DNA of 64,000 nt, taken from Prorocentrum cordatum. Lineage: Eukaryota. Shown one piece after another: positions 10,118-22,439 of the stretch. The stretch's first letter is position 1. The number at the start of each line of letters is the position of its first letter. The notes beneath the pieces were generated by a model. That model saw only the letters and a program-made list of their open reading frames with translations. It had not been told where the DNA came from and did not search any database. The position numbers and the translations under genes were made by a program. The stretch covers positions 744,001 through 808,000 of the forward strand of contig CAUYUJ010000002.1 in assembly GCA_963575745.1 (NCBI GenBank), read 5' to 3'.

Positions 10118-11416
10118 GTCGATTTCGAGCCCCCCCAGCAATTCAGACAACGCGCCCAGGGGACGCTAAAAAGCCGGTTTGGGCCTCCCCCCCCCTCGCG
10201 CGGTCAATCAACTAGTTACAGTAACCAGCAATAAGTCAACTAGTTACAGTAACCAGCAAGAAGCAGAACTGCAACACTGGAAACAACAACCTACGACTGG
10301 TACAGGAAACCGCGAATCACGGGCCTACAGCCTGGTGGCCCCACAAGGGGGCCGGCGGATCTGGATGCCTTTACCCACAGCGAAATGCCTATCAGATGCT
10401 CATCCAGATGCCTACGTACCTCCACAGTGAAGATATGGTTCTCTTATGCCCATGTTCTGAAACAAGTTGATTGTGGTCAGTGCGCCAGCATACTATTATG
10501 TAGTATGCCCCCTTTCGCTGCAACGCGACAAGTAGTGTATGAAAGTCTGTGCTTCCGATCTGCCATTCCACGCGACGAGTTGAGTACAGTCTTGTTTGTT
10601 TCCACCGTGTTGCCCTGTTCCGAATCGATCGAATAGTATGTGTCTCGCCGCCCACCATGTGTTGCCACGGGGCGACAAGAGTAGAGTAGTGTGTCCCGCC
10701 CCGCATATGTTGCCATGTGAAGAGCACGTGGAGTAGGATGCTATGTGATTGTGCGTCTTGCCTTTCCACGCGACAAGTTGTTGTTTATGTTTCCACGCCT
10801 TATCCGTGGCCATGTGACATGCAGATTAGAACAGGAGTTCTTCTCATTGCTCTCTTGCGGTGCCTCATGACGAGTAGCATGCACTATTGTTCGCGACCAT
10901 GCGTTGCCATATATACCACAACCGGAGTACAAGGGCCCAGGCTCAGAGGCGGCATATGTTTCCAAAATTCTCCCCTTACCCGATGCCAGCAATATGTGGC
11001 CCCAGGGGTCAGCGGGCCTTTTTCAAGTCTCCAGGGGGCATTGTTAGCCACGAGATGGATGAAGACGGCCGAAGACCGTCACAAGCCAGCGCGAAGAGTC
11101 CCTCAAGACCTGCCCAAGACGGCTCTACCCGGTTCCAAGACGGCCCACGATGGCCTCAAGACAGGCGGAGAGGTCCCCAACCCATCCGCAAGGCACCCCA
11201 CAAGAGCTTCAGGGACACCCGCAAGCCACGATCCTTCAAACCGCAGGCCGCGACCTTTCAAGCTTACACTATCCACGCGCTGGAGGAAGCCAATTCGGAA
11301 GTCGTCACGACGTGAGCCTGCCGTAGGCCAGGAAGACGTATAGCCCGTTCTTGGGCCCCGGGAGCGGTTTGGCCAAGAGCCGTGTCGGTGCACAGCTGTT
11401 CTCCCGTCGTCCCCAG

Positions 11417-11514
11417 GAGAGGGCGAACGCCATGCTCGAGCGGTCGAGCAGCCGACGAGGCTCGGTCCCCTCGATGGCCTCCGGCCACTCGGGTCTCGAC
11501 CCCGTTGTCCTCAT
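11417..11514 (+). CDS. Tentative PDE exon (ERANAMLERSSSRRGSVPSMASGHSGLDPVVL)
   Basis: Pyrimidine-rich CCCCAG|GAG acceptor, phase 0, same frame as the downstream PDE exon; donor uncertain. Confidence 0.4.
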
Positions 11515-11716
11515 GCTGAGTGAGACAGAACGGCACACGCATACATCGGAGGTTGATCGACCTCTTACCTTGACACGTCGATTAGTGAATTGGTCGTTTT
11601 CGGTTCGCGAGAAGGCGTCGCGGCCGTCATTTTTGCGGGTCCAGGTCCGTCGGTTTCGGTCTAAGGCCGTTTTCACTAAAGGTAGGTTTACTAAAGGGAG
11701 GTCTGTCCACCGCCGA

Positions 11717-11846
11717 ATACATGTTCGAAGGTCCGCGCGGGTTTCTGGATCTGCGCTGGACCCCAGCGCCGCCGCGCCAGGGACCGGGGAGGGAGGGCCG
11801 GGCGCCGATCCAAGAAATCCGCGCGGACCTTCGAAACATTATGTTT
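11717..11846. mobile_element. Foldback/MITE family B, copy 2
   Basis: ATGTTCGAAGGTCCGCGCGG ... CCGCGCGGACCTTCGAAACAT inverted arms. Confidence 0.75.
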
Positions 11847-11869
11847 CTGCTGTTCTTTCTCGTTCTACC

Positions 11870-12214
11870 ATGGACGATCTCAACTTCGACTCGCGGAGCA
11901 GGATCGGAAACAAGAAGCGGGACGTGAAGTTGCTCGTCTCCTTGTTGGATGCACCCTTCGAGCTGTTGTCGAGGTACGGCGTCGACGAGGGCAAGCTAAC
12001 CTCGTGGATGGAGGCTGTGGCCGACCAGTACGCCGACCCGAGCGTCGTCGCCTACCACAACTGGAGGCATGCGTGCGACGTCTTCCAGTTCTCCTTCTGC
12101 TCCCTCCACAACGGCGGCGCCAGCGACTACTTCAGTCTGAAGGACATGCTGGCGCTCCTCCTTGCATCTGTTGGCCACGACGCGGCGCATCCGGGGACCA
12201 ACAACGCCTTCCAG
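11870..12214 (+). CDS. Class I 3',5'-cyclic nucleotide phosphodiesterase exon (5' edge uncertain, 11870-11902)
   Basis: YHNWRHACDV and GHDAAHPGTNNAFQ are the class I PDE YHN..H..DV and HD..H.G..N.F signatures; donor CAG|GTGAGC at 12214/12215. Confidence 0.9.
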
Positions 12215-14183
12215 GTGAGCGGAGCAGAAGCCAGAGGAAGCCATCTATGCAAGGTTCTTGCGGTTCTGGCCGGGCGGATCCTCGGATCAGCCCAGGTTCA
12301 GAGTTTTTGCATTCCCGACCAAGACAGGAGGTCGTGTGCACCGATCCCAGGCCAGCGATCGGCCTGGCTGGGGGCTGGGATCGGTGAAGGTGCACGGCTG
12401 GCGTCCTCATACAGGAATGTTGGAGGGAGCGGGGCGATGTCGACCGCGCGAACGTAAGGCCGCGCGTAAGCCCCCTCTTCCCCACGTGGCGTGCCGAATT
12501 GGCGGCCCGCGTAGGCCGCGGCGTGAGGTCGCCGTGCCGTTTTGCGTAAGGCCTCTTTCCTCTCGTCGCTCACGTGGCCTGCCGCCCGGGCGGCCCGCGT
12601 GAGCCGTCGAGTACAGTGGGGGTCCCTGCCAAGAAGCACCTTGCTTGCCTCCGGGGTGCCCTGGGCTTCTTGGGTTTCGATGGTTTTGCGATGGAAGGCG
12701 TCACGTTCCCACACTGAGAATCGACGGAAGTGCTGGGGTCTCAAGGAGGGGCTTCTTGTGGAAGGTCTCTTGTGGTCGGGCCCCCACGGTAGGTCGCGCA
12801 GTGCCCTCAGCGATGTGCCATTCCCGAGAGTGCGTTGGCCTTGGTGTTCTACCTTCGTCTCAGGGGTACCGTCGGGCCTCTCCCTGGGGTTTTCGGCGGC
12901 GGCCGGCGGCTTTCATGCCGCGGGATGCCTTCCAGCGGCTGCACCTCGCCGAGAGCGTTTCGGGTGTGCCCAAATCGTCCCGAACGGTTGGGGCAACGCA
13001 GGGGGGATAGGCTCAGGGGGAGAATCTATCGACTCCAAAGTTCCCACTCATCGCTGATAGGGGCCCGATAGCCCACCCCGCCTAGGCACTTGCGGTTCAG
13101 CCATCGAGAGCGTGCCGCCGATCTATCGACGATGCATCGCCGATTCTTGGTCGATACAGGATCCGGCTTGAATAAGGAACAATCACTTTTCAAAAGGGGC
13201 TCGGTTGTTCCTTTGGTTTGCATGCGTTCCGCTACCTTTTTGGCGTCGAGACTCCTTGGTGTTCCTTGGAAAAGAAGGGTTTCGCTCCTTATTTAATCGC
13301 GTCGCTAATTCCGCCGGCCCTGGAGAGCGATTTGGGGCCTCCCGGGGCCGTCTTGGGGGCTTCTTGGGGGCTTCTTGGGAGCGTCTTGGGGCTCCTTGGC
13401 GGCGTATTGGGCTCCCCTGGGGCCTCTTGGGGGGCTCTTGGGGGCCCCTTTGGGCGGGAGGGGGGGTAGTCGTTGGCAGGCCCCCCCTCGGAGGCCACGA
13501 TCCTCGTGAAGGGTGGCGAAGAATAGCCTCCCCCCTGGGGATCGCCTGGGGGTCAGCCGGGGATCGGCCAGGGTACTTTTCGTCCGGGGCCCCCCAGGGG
13601 CCGCCCGCGCGCGAACTGGAAATATTGGTAAGTAGTTACCGGAGATCTTAGCACGCCTCTGGCCCGTTGGGCCGGCGAATTTATCGTTCCTTAGGTCAGG
13701 CCGAATCCTGTAGTTCCCCCCCCTCGAGCCGGTCCCTCCCCAACGTTCTCCCCCATCGTCCCTGCTTTTCGTCACCGCTCACTCGGCGGCTCGGGCCAAG
13801 GGGTGGCGCGAGGGGGCAGCTTCCCAGGAAGGCGGGGGTGGCTTCTTCCGAAGCCACCCCGGCTTCTGAGAAGCCCTCTAAGATTCCCCCGAGCCGTCTA
13901 AGACAAGACGCTCCGCCTTCCAGGAATCCCCCCGCTTCTCAGGAGGCCGCCCCCCTCGCGCCACACGCTTGTGTCGGGGAAACGTAGGACTCGAGCAAGC
14001 CGTGACTCGGATCTGCCGGTGTTGTTGGACGAGCGCGTCCAGGAAGTTGACGGCCCGGTTTTCGTGGGACGTTTGCAGCGGGAGCTCGCGTCAACTTTCA
14101 TATTAGGTCTCCTCATTTTCATGCTGGCCCCGTCAGGCCAACTCGAGTCCCCCGTACCCGAGCCTTACGTCTACCCGAGTCTG

Positions 14184-14340
14184 GAGGAGGAGGAGGAGGA
14201 GGAGGAGGAGGAGGAGGAGGAGGAGGAGGAGGAGGAGGGAGGAGGACGGAGGGGGGAGGGAGGAGGAAGGAGGGGGAGGGAGGAGGGAGGAGGGAGGAGG
14301 CAAGAGGCAAGAGACAGGAGGGAGGAAGGAGGAGGAGGTG
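14184..14340. repeat. (GGA)n microsatellite
   Basis: Direct inspection. Confidence 0.9.
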
Positions 14341-14359
14341 TGGTGTGGTGTGGGGTAGG

Positions 14360-17300
14360 GCGGACGAAGTCCGCCTGCCGCCTCAGCGGCGGAAATGGGC
14401 CTAGTCGCCCTCGAGTGGCCAGGCCTCAGTGGCCTCGGCCTCGCGCTTAACTCGCCTGCACTCCTGCGCCCATTCTACCGCCGAATCGGGCGAGGCAAAC
14501 CCATGCAGGCGAGCAACTCGCCCCAGGTGCAGTACGGGGACCGAAACCCCGTACTGGTGGAAGCTGGCGGGGGCTTGATTTCGGTTGGCCACAGGGCACC
14601 CAGGATGCCCGCCGGCGGGCCCCGGCGAGGGCCCAACCCCCACCGAGGATCCAACACCTCCAACAGGCCCCCTAAGCTCCCCCTGGAGCCACTCGATATC
14701 CTCATCCTCGGGGCCTCTAAAAACAGAAAGCCGCGGAGGAGGATGGAGGGCCGAGGGGTGGAGATGCCGACGGAGACGGGACCTCTGGGTGCGAAGCCCA
14801 GGGTGCCCCGGGCCCAAGCAGGCCCCCGCGATGCCCTTCCCAGGCACCACTCGCTGGGCCAGCGAGGCCCCGCAGGACTTGCAAAAAAACAAGCACGGGT
14901 GATCGGGACCCTCCACGTCGCATTTCACCACCGAGTGCCCTTGAAACAGCCACGGCCTCCCAGATCCCCATCTCCACGCCCCCCACATCGATCGGGTCGG
15001 GCTCGGGCTCGGGTGACGGCGGGGCGGGGGCGGCGAGCCTCCAGTCAAGCCTCTCGCGGGTACGGAGGGTTTCCTCGAGGACCGCGGCGTCACGATCGTC
15101 GGTGTCAGATTCTAGGTCAAGGACAAAATCCGAGGTGCCAACCACACCCTCAGTGTCCCAGGGCTCGTGGTCTCCTACCCACGCGTGCACATTACCAATC
15201 CATCTAACCAGTTCGGCAGGAATGTCTTCACAGGTTTCCATGAAGAGGACCTTTTGGGGGGAACCTTCCAGACCAGGGCCCCCCCTTTAGGCCCAGCGGT
15301 CCGCGAAACTATTGCCAAGCCTGCACCACGCATCGAAGCAACAGGCATCCTGTGATGCCGACAAGTGTGCCTTGATTTTTCTCGCACTCGCACTGTCACC
15401 GTGCTTCAGCCACCAGCTCTCCCAAACATGTTTGTGGGACTCATGAGGCTCAGCGCTTTCGAGGCGTTCCTGGCGCAGCCTACGGGCCCATCACAATCCG
15501 AGAAGACAGTCAGGGACCCGTCGTTGGCAGGGTCGACCGAGCAACGCGACAACATGTGGAACGCATGCTCTTTCGCGTCCCTAGAGGACTGCGTCCATAA
15601 CCATGCCACGGGGACAGCACCATACATTCCACACCTGAAAGAGTCATCATCGTTGCAGCTGATGACAGCCCATCCCGCACGACGCAGGCCGCAATGCTGT
15701 GTAAACAATGAGGAGCCGTCCACAAACACCTCTCCCTCGAAGAGCCATCCAGGCATACACCCCACGAAGCGGATATGACCCTCCTCGGGGATATCTCGAC
15801 CTTGAAAGGCATGCGACGGCGAGGGCAGGAGGCCCCTGGCTAAAGATTCACCGCGCCCCTCGCCCTCACCGAGGGCAGTTCGAGCTGCCTTGAGCAGCTC
15901 GGGCGGGCAAGATTCTCTCTTGAGAAACTCCGTGCTAGGGCAAGCGAACCAACGGTGCCAGAGGGTCCCGCAGGCCCCGCATTCCACGCAAGACGGGTGG
16001 GTGGCTCTCCCTTTCGCGCGAAGCCTACTTTGGCACCAGTGGGCCCCGCATTTGACAGATCTGAAGGCGTTGACGTGCCTCTTGGTCCACAGCTCCGAGG
16101 TTCTAGCCACCGCCGAAACCACGAGCCCCCAGTGGAGCTCAGAAACCCAAGGACCCCCAAGCCTTCTCAGAGCTGTGGCATCAGAGGCGGCACAAGCAGA
16201 AGCACGGACCGCCTGGCAGACAGCGCCTGGCGAAAAAAAGGTCGAGGTCTATCTCGCACTGGCGATGAATCAGCAGGTTGTGCCGGGCTATGGCGAGGCA
16301 AAGCACAGCGGCCTGGCCTGGGTCAGTGCACCTGTTCCACGGCTTGTCGACGCCCAGCAGCGGCACGGCGTCAGCGTGATCAGCTCTGACCACTTCTTGC
16401 CGGTGGAGCCCGTCTCGAACTCCGACGGGCCACGCCTGGGCCACCCCCCACCGCGTTGACAACGAACGGGCCCCTAACCACCGCCCGCGGCATGGTGCGC
16501 ACCCTGAAGGCCAGGCAGGTGCCAGGGGCCAGCCTGCCCTCGGCTCTGAGCGCCTTCACCCTGCGCCCGTTCAGCTGGCCGTCCGCGATGCCAGTGACCG
16601 CCGATCCCCAGCGCTCCGCGGCGCCCGGCGCGCCACGGAAGATGTTGCACGTCTTGGCCCCCGCGGCTTGCAGCAGCTCGATCTTGCCTGTTGTCCTCTT
16701 GGCTCGGGCGAGCCTCTTGTCCTGTTCTGGCACTCGCCTTCTGCCGCCGTCGTTGCCGTCGCCTCCAAGGCATCTCTTGCCCGAGGCTCTGGCCAAGCCA
16801 AGGTCAGACCAGCGGCGGTCCAGCTCCTGGGCCAGCTCCGCATCTGTGGCCATCCACCCCGTCTTGCCCCAGATGATAGTGAGGCGTCTCTGCTGGGGCC
16901 CCTCAAAGAGGTCGTGAGCAGCTCGGGGCAGCTGGCGCCCCACCAGGCGAGCCGCGCCGACTGCCTGGAGGAGGCAGTCGCCCACCAGGTTCTGGGGCCG
17001 CACAGCGGGCACCTGCTGACGATGCCGCGCAGCAGGGTGTAGGTCAGCAGCTCGGCGACACCCACCGCGCACGAGCAGCCCGCTGCCGCGGCGTCGTTGG
17101 CCTCGATGGCGGGCCCGACCCCCTTGCCCAGCATCGCCCTACACGGGAGGCGGTAGCTCGAGCAGAGGGCCCCGAGCAGCGCCATGGGGAATTCCGTCAC
17201 GACCGCCTGGTCGTAGAGCTCGTTGTGGCTGATCATCTCGTTGTACTTCGCGAGGTCGATCGCCAGGGTGCTGGGCGCCGTGCCTGTCCTCCTCGCGAAG

Positions 17301-20039
17301 ACGGTCGTCATGTTGTGCACGAACCCAGCCTTGTCGCAGGAGCGGTCGGAGGTGCCCCAGTGGAAGGAGTAGGGGCTGGCCAAGATGATGGGCCGCACAC
17401 CCCCAGGCGGGGGCTTCGGCAGAAAGACCACCAGCAGCATCCACAGCGAGCATCTCGTCGGCTGCCTCTCCCAGGCTTCCACGATGTCCAGGAACGCCCG
17501 TCGGCAGTGGCGCGGCAGCCACCGAAGCTGCCGCGGGCGCAGGCGGCCCCGCCCGAGGCCTGCGCCCCCCCCCCCCCCCCCCCCCCCCCATCCCCAGAGG
17601 ATGCCAGCACGTAGTCCAGGGCGTCCACGGTGATGGGCGGGAGGTCCTGCCAGGCGCCACCTGCGCCGCGCGCCCAGAGCCGTGGGTCTGAGCCCCATTG
17701 TCTGTCGGGGTGAACCCAGACCCCCCCCCCCCCCCCTCCATTTCTTCATCAGCACCTGCACGGCAGCATCACCTGCCACTGGGTGGCCAGGGTCGCTCTC
17801 GTCGTCCTCGTGCGCTATCGCCGTCGACGGGATCTGGCCGCCGTCCTCGATGAGACGGCATGCCTTCTGGCCTCGTGACTTGGTGGCTGTCTCTTGCGCC
17901 CACTCCCTCCAGTCCTTACTGCGCTCGGCCTTGCCCCCGCTCTGGATGGAGGCCACGTGGTCGTGGATGTCGACCAGGAGGGCGCGGTAGTCGTGCAAGT
18001 CCAGCTCCTGGAACTCGCGCGCAATGGCATGCTGGCCCCAGGCAGCAAGCGGCCCAGGCGTCGGCCACTCCGCTATGACGAACTCGAACGCACTCACCAT
18101 GCGGACCTGACGCTCGAAGCGGGGGTACCTGACCCAACCGTTGTCAAGGTGGTGCCCTCGGAGAGCGGCCGCCTTCCTGCAAGACGCTAGCAGGCCTACC
18201 CACTTACGGTACTCGGCGCCGGGCGTATCTTTCGGCGTGTCCCCCCACTCCTGGACCAGTGGAACTGTCTCCACCTGCAGGCCTCTGCCTCTGGCCACTC
18301 TGCTCCGCTTGTGACCTTCCAGCTGGTGTAGCCTGGCAAGGTAGTCCTCAACCATGGCGCAACAGAACTTGGAGGCTTCCTCCACATCAGTGGGCCCAAC
18401 CCCCGAGCTCCACGGCCATTCATCTTCAGCTAGCTCTGGCGGCGCTGCCTGTGCAGGAGGTGACAGGGCCAGCGGGTACCGACTTGGATAAGCCGCCCTG
18501 GTGGCCGTGGCCCTCTGGCGCAGGCCCTTCAGCTCGATGGCGGTCGGCGAGCGCGGCGAGATCGGGGCGTCACTCGGCACCTTGACCGCGCTAATCCGAC
18601 TGGCGAGAGCCCCGGACTTATGGCGCAGTCGTACTCGAGCTTGCCGCAAGTCGGACTTCCGAACGCACGAGCACTCCTGAGACCTGCTTGGCCCAGCTGG
18701 CCAAGTCGTCGGGCTCGATGTCCCAGTCCGCCAGGATGACCCACGGCCACTCGAGGCTACCGACCCAGGACCGCAGGGCCCCAAGCAGCACACTGTCGTC
18801 GCCCGCGACCCCGATGCTGTCCACCATGTAGGCCGAGACGAGGAAGATCGGGAAGGCCAAGCCCGCGTTGAGCTTCGCGGCTCCCGCCCGATGGGGCCCC
18901 AGCATATTGCACTCCTTGGGCTTCTCCACGTTGGCCGCCGCCATCGCCGCGAGGACCGCCGCTCCTCCAGAGCTGCCCGGGGGCCCCGGGCTAGACCTCC
19001 GAAGAATTCAAAGCCGGCGCGCCTAGCCCAGGTCGCCGCCGACTTCTGCTTGGCGCCATGCTTGATGCGGCGCCCCTGCAAGCCGACGACATCGAACGTC
19101 ATCTTCTTGTCCCTGCTCCACTCCAAGAAAGCCTGACCGCTGGCCCACGAGTTGGCGTTGTCCGACGCTATCAAGAGCTTGTCGGGCGCCTTGTCATCAG
19201 CGATGCGTTGCTGACCGCCTGCGCTAGGCGCAGGGGGGTCTCCTGCGCCTCGAGCTGCGCCAACCCTCCACCCACCGACGGAAGGTCGCCGAGCACGGGT
19301 CTCCAGCCCACCTCGCCGAGGCCCAGCTCCGCCGCAGACCTGGGGCCCCAGCTCCCCCGCGCCCTCCTCCGAAGCGGGCGCGGTCCTGCCGGGCCTGCCT
19401 CTCGCACTCGACTCCTCCGACGGCGACCTGGCAAGCGCCGCGGCAGCGGCCCCGCGGGCGGCGCCGGCAGCGCGCCCGCCAGGCACCGAGCCGAATTCCT
19501 CCTCCGCCTCGGTCATGGAGCGCCTGCGCCGCGTAGTTGGCGCGCGCGCGCCGCCGTGCGGCCCGCGCCCCCTCGCAGAAGTCCTGCGCAATCCTGAGTC
19601 GGACCACGCCCCTGTTGTCGATGCCTACCATCCCAGCAGCCTCGGAGACGAGTGGCGCCCGCGTGCCGCGCGTCAGCAGGTCGGCCACGTAGGACACGCA
19701 CAAGCGCAGCCAGCGCGCTCTATCTCCAGCTTCGTCAAGCACAGAGACGTCCTGGAGCCAAACCATGGCGCGAGCCCTCAGCCTCCTCTCGAGCGCCATG
19801 CGCGCCGACGCGGCCGCTCGCCTCGCAGGGTCCTGGTCCTTGGCCTCCGCGATGCCTCCAGCAATTCCACGACCCGCAGCGGCACCTTGAGAACTAGGTC
19901 AGCCTTCACGTGGCGACTTCTGCCGCCCCTCCGCCAAATCCCGCTCGCAGGGTCCAATGCGTGGGTCCAGGGGCTCGAGTGAACCCAAGTCCTGCGTGGG
20001 TTTCGTTTGCGAACGGGTCTCCAGCTCATGGACAGCGAG
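14360..20039 (-). mobile_element. Decayed non-LTR retrotransposon (APE-RT-RNase H), LINE copy 1
   Basis: Frameshifted minus-strand pieces: APE NANSW..DVVGLQG, VSAY, PWVILADWD; RT FLPKP..GVRPI, IDLAKY, NLVGD; CVECGA..TLWHRWFAC knuckle; RNase H FVDGS..RAGWAV..FSDC; terminal FFCKSCG. (CCACA)n tail near 14340-14362; the 5' end runs into the gap. Confidence 0.85.
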
Positions 20040-20139
20040 NNNNNNNNNNNNNNNNNNNNNNNNNNNNNNNNNNNNNNNNNNNNNNNNNNNNNNNNNNNNN
20101 NNNNNNNNNNNNNNNNNNNNNNNNNNNNNNNNNNNNNNN
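20040..20139. other. Assembly gap (100 N)
   Basis: N run. Confidence 1.
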
Positions 20140-20779
20140 AGGAGGAGGAGGAAGGAGGAGGAGGAGGGAGGAGGAGGGAGGAGCTTCGAAGATCGCGACG
20201 TGAAGAGGTGAAGACGCGCTCGAAGTTCGCGATCACGTATCCAGACGCCTGCGGCAGGATTGCCGCAGCCCGGCCAGGCGCAGGGTCTCCGCGTGGCGAT
20301 GCCGTCGGTTAAGGAAGGCCTTCTCCCGGCGCTGTCGTGCGTCGCTGCCGCCCCCCTGGCTGGCGGAGGAGGAGGAGCAGGAGCAGCATCACAGGGAGGA
20401 GGACGCGGAAGGAGAGGGTGAGGAGGCGGAGGAAGAGGAGGAGGAGGAGGAGGAGGAGGAAGAGAAGGACGAGGAGGAGCAGGAAGACGAGGAAGACAGT
20501 CACATGCGACACTGGGCGACGAGGAGGACGAGGAAGAGGAGCAGCAGGAGGACGAGGAAGACCGTCACATGTCACACTGGGCGACGAGGAGGAGCAGGAG
20601 CAGCAGGAGGACGAGGAAGACCGCCCCATGTGACATGTGTCGTCCCCGGAAGGCCAGAAGGAGGAGCCACAGGAGGACGAGGTTGAGAATGGTGTTATCA
20701 CTAAACAATTCTTAGCCGCTGTAGCGCACGGCGGGAAGCCAAGCTTCAACAGAGAAAGTTTGAAGCTTCAGCCTTAAGC

Positions 20780-22270
20780 TGTGTTGCATCTGGCCTGGCT
20801 GGTCTGGTTGGTCTGGTTTGAGCTTACTGCCGAAGCTTTAGCTTAGGATTTGGGCGAGAGTGGTTTAGGGGAGTTCCAGGGAGATCGCGCCAAACACTAC
20901 GACAAGAAAACAGTGTCGGTTCAATTGCAGTTGTTGTTTGGCGTTGCAGTCTTTAGTGCACCTGGTCTGGACTGATTTATCTGGTTTGAGCTTAGTTCGG
21001 AAGCGCTAACTTAGGATTCGGGCGAGGATGGATTAGGGGAGGTCAAGCGAGGCAGCGCCAACCACTACGACAGCAAAGCAGTTGTTGTTGCGTTGCAGTT
21101 GTTGCATCTGGTCTGGTGTGTCTGGTTTGCGCTGAATGCTGAACCTCAAGCACTGCACGTTTGTTTGCAATGCATTTGGAGGTCCAGGGATGTGCCAAGC
21201 GCGCAGCACAAACAACTACCACAGCACTACAACTACCAGTGCATTGCGTATTGCATTTGTTCCTGCATTGCAGTTATTTCTGCATTGCAGTTGTGTTTGC
21301 ATTACATTGCTGTTTCGAACTCCAGGGAGGTTTCACTGGTGTGTTCTGACTCTGGCTGCTCTGGTCGGTCTGGTTGGTCTGGTTGTTGCTGACCGGCTAG
21401 ATGGTCTGGTTGGTCTAGTTAGTCTACCTGGCTGGTCTAGTTGCTCTACCTGGCTAGTCTGACTGGCTGGTTTGGCTGGTTCGCTTGGTTTTGCGAGCAT
21501 CCTCTGCTCGTTCAGGCCTGTGCTTCGCTTGTCTGAACAGCTAGCTGGTCTTGTAAGTCTGCTTGGTCTACCTGGCTGGTCTGGTTGGTCTACCTGGCTG
21601 GTCGGAGTGGCGGGTCTGGCTGGTCCACCTGGCTGGTCTGGCTGGTCTGCTTGGTCCAGGTGATGTGGGTGGCTGGTCTGAATTGGTCTAGTCTTTTGTT
21701 TGCTGGTCTGGTGAGTCTGGTGAGTCTGGTTTGAGTTTGGCGCTGAAGTTTTAGCATTGCTTTGTTGTTGCAATGAATTTGGAGGTCCAGGGAGGTGCAA
21801 GGCACGCAGCGCTGTGCAGTACGCATTGCAGCTTGTTCTGTATTGCAGTTGTTCCTGCATTGCAATGTTTGCAGTTCTCCTGCATAACAATGGTTTTGAC
21901 ATTGCAGCTTGGTCTGGTTGGTCTAGTTGTTGCTGAACGGCTAGCTGGTCTGGTTGGTCTGGTTGGTCGACCTGGCTGGTCTAGTTGCTCTTACCTGACT
22001 AGTCTGATGGGCTGGTCTGGCTGGTCTGCTTGGTTTGGCGAGGATCCTCTGCTCGTTCTGGTATGTGCTTCGCTGGTCTGAACGGCTAGCTTGTCTGGTA
22101 AGTCTGCTTAGTCTTCCTGGCTGGTCTGGTTGGTCTACCTGGCTGGTCTGGCTGGTCTGAGTGGCTGGTCTGGCTGCTCTGCTTGGTCCGGGTGATGTGG
22201 GTGGCTGGTCTGGTTGGTCTAGTCGTTTGTTTGCTGGTCTGGCTGGCAAGGCTTGCTGGGTCTGGTGGTC
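20780..22270. repeat. Degenerate CTGGT/GGCTGGTCT satellite with higher-order duplications
   Basis: Recurring CTGGTCTGG motifs; blocks starting ~21350 and ~21910 are paralogous. Confidence 0.8.
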
Positions 22271-22439
22271 ACCTTCTTCCCCGCTGAATAGAATAACCGT
22301 TGGTCTGCTCGGGTGTCCCCCCCAGGCCGCCTACCCTGCCGTACCCCACCAGTGAAAAACCGGCTTCCCGAGGAATAAGGAGGGGGAGGAGGAGGAGAAG
22401 GAAAAGGAGGGGGAAGGGCAGGGGGGGAAGAAGAAGAGG

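Noticed and set aside
11351..12457. 368-aa ORF as a complete PDE
   Set aside because: PDE similarity stops at the GT donor at 12215; the rest of the domain is in exons from 33528 onward, and the ORF includes a MITE.
16571..19591. 1006-aa ORF as an intact protein
   Set aside because: It moves in and out of the LINE ORF2 frame; several motifs lie in other frames and catalytic residues are mutated.
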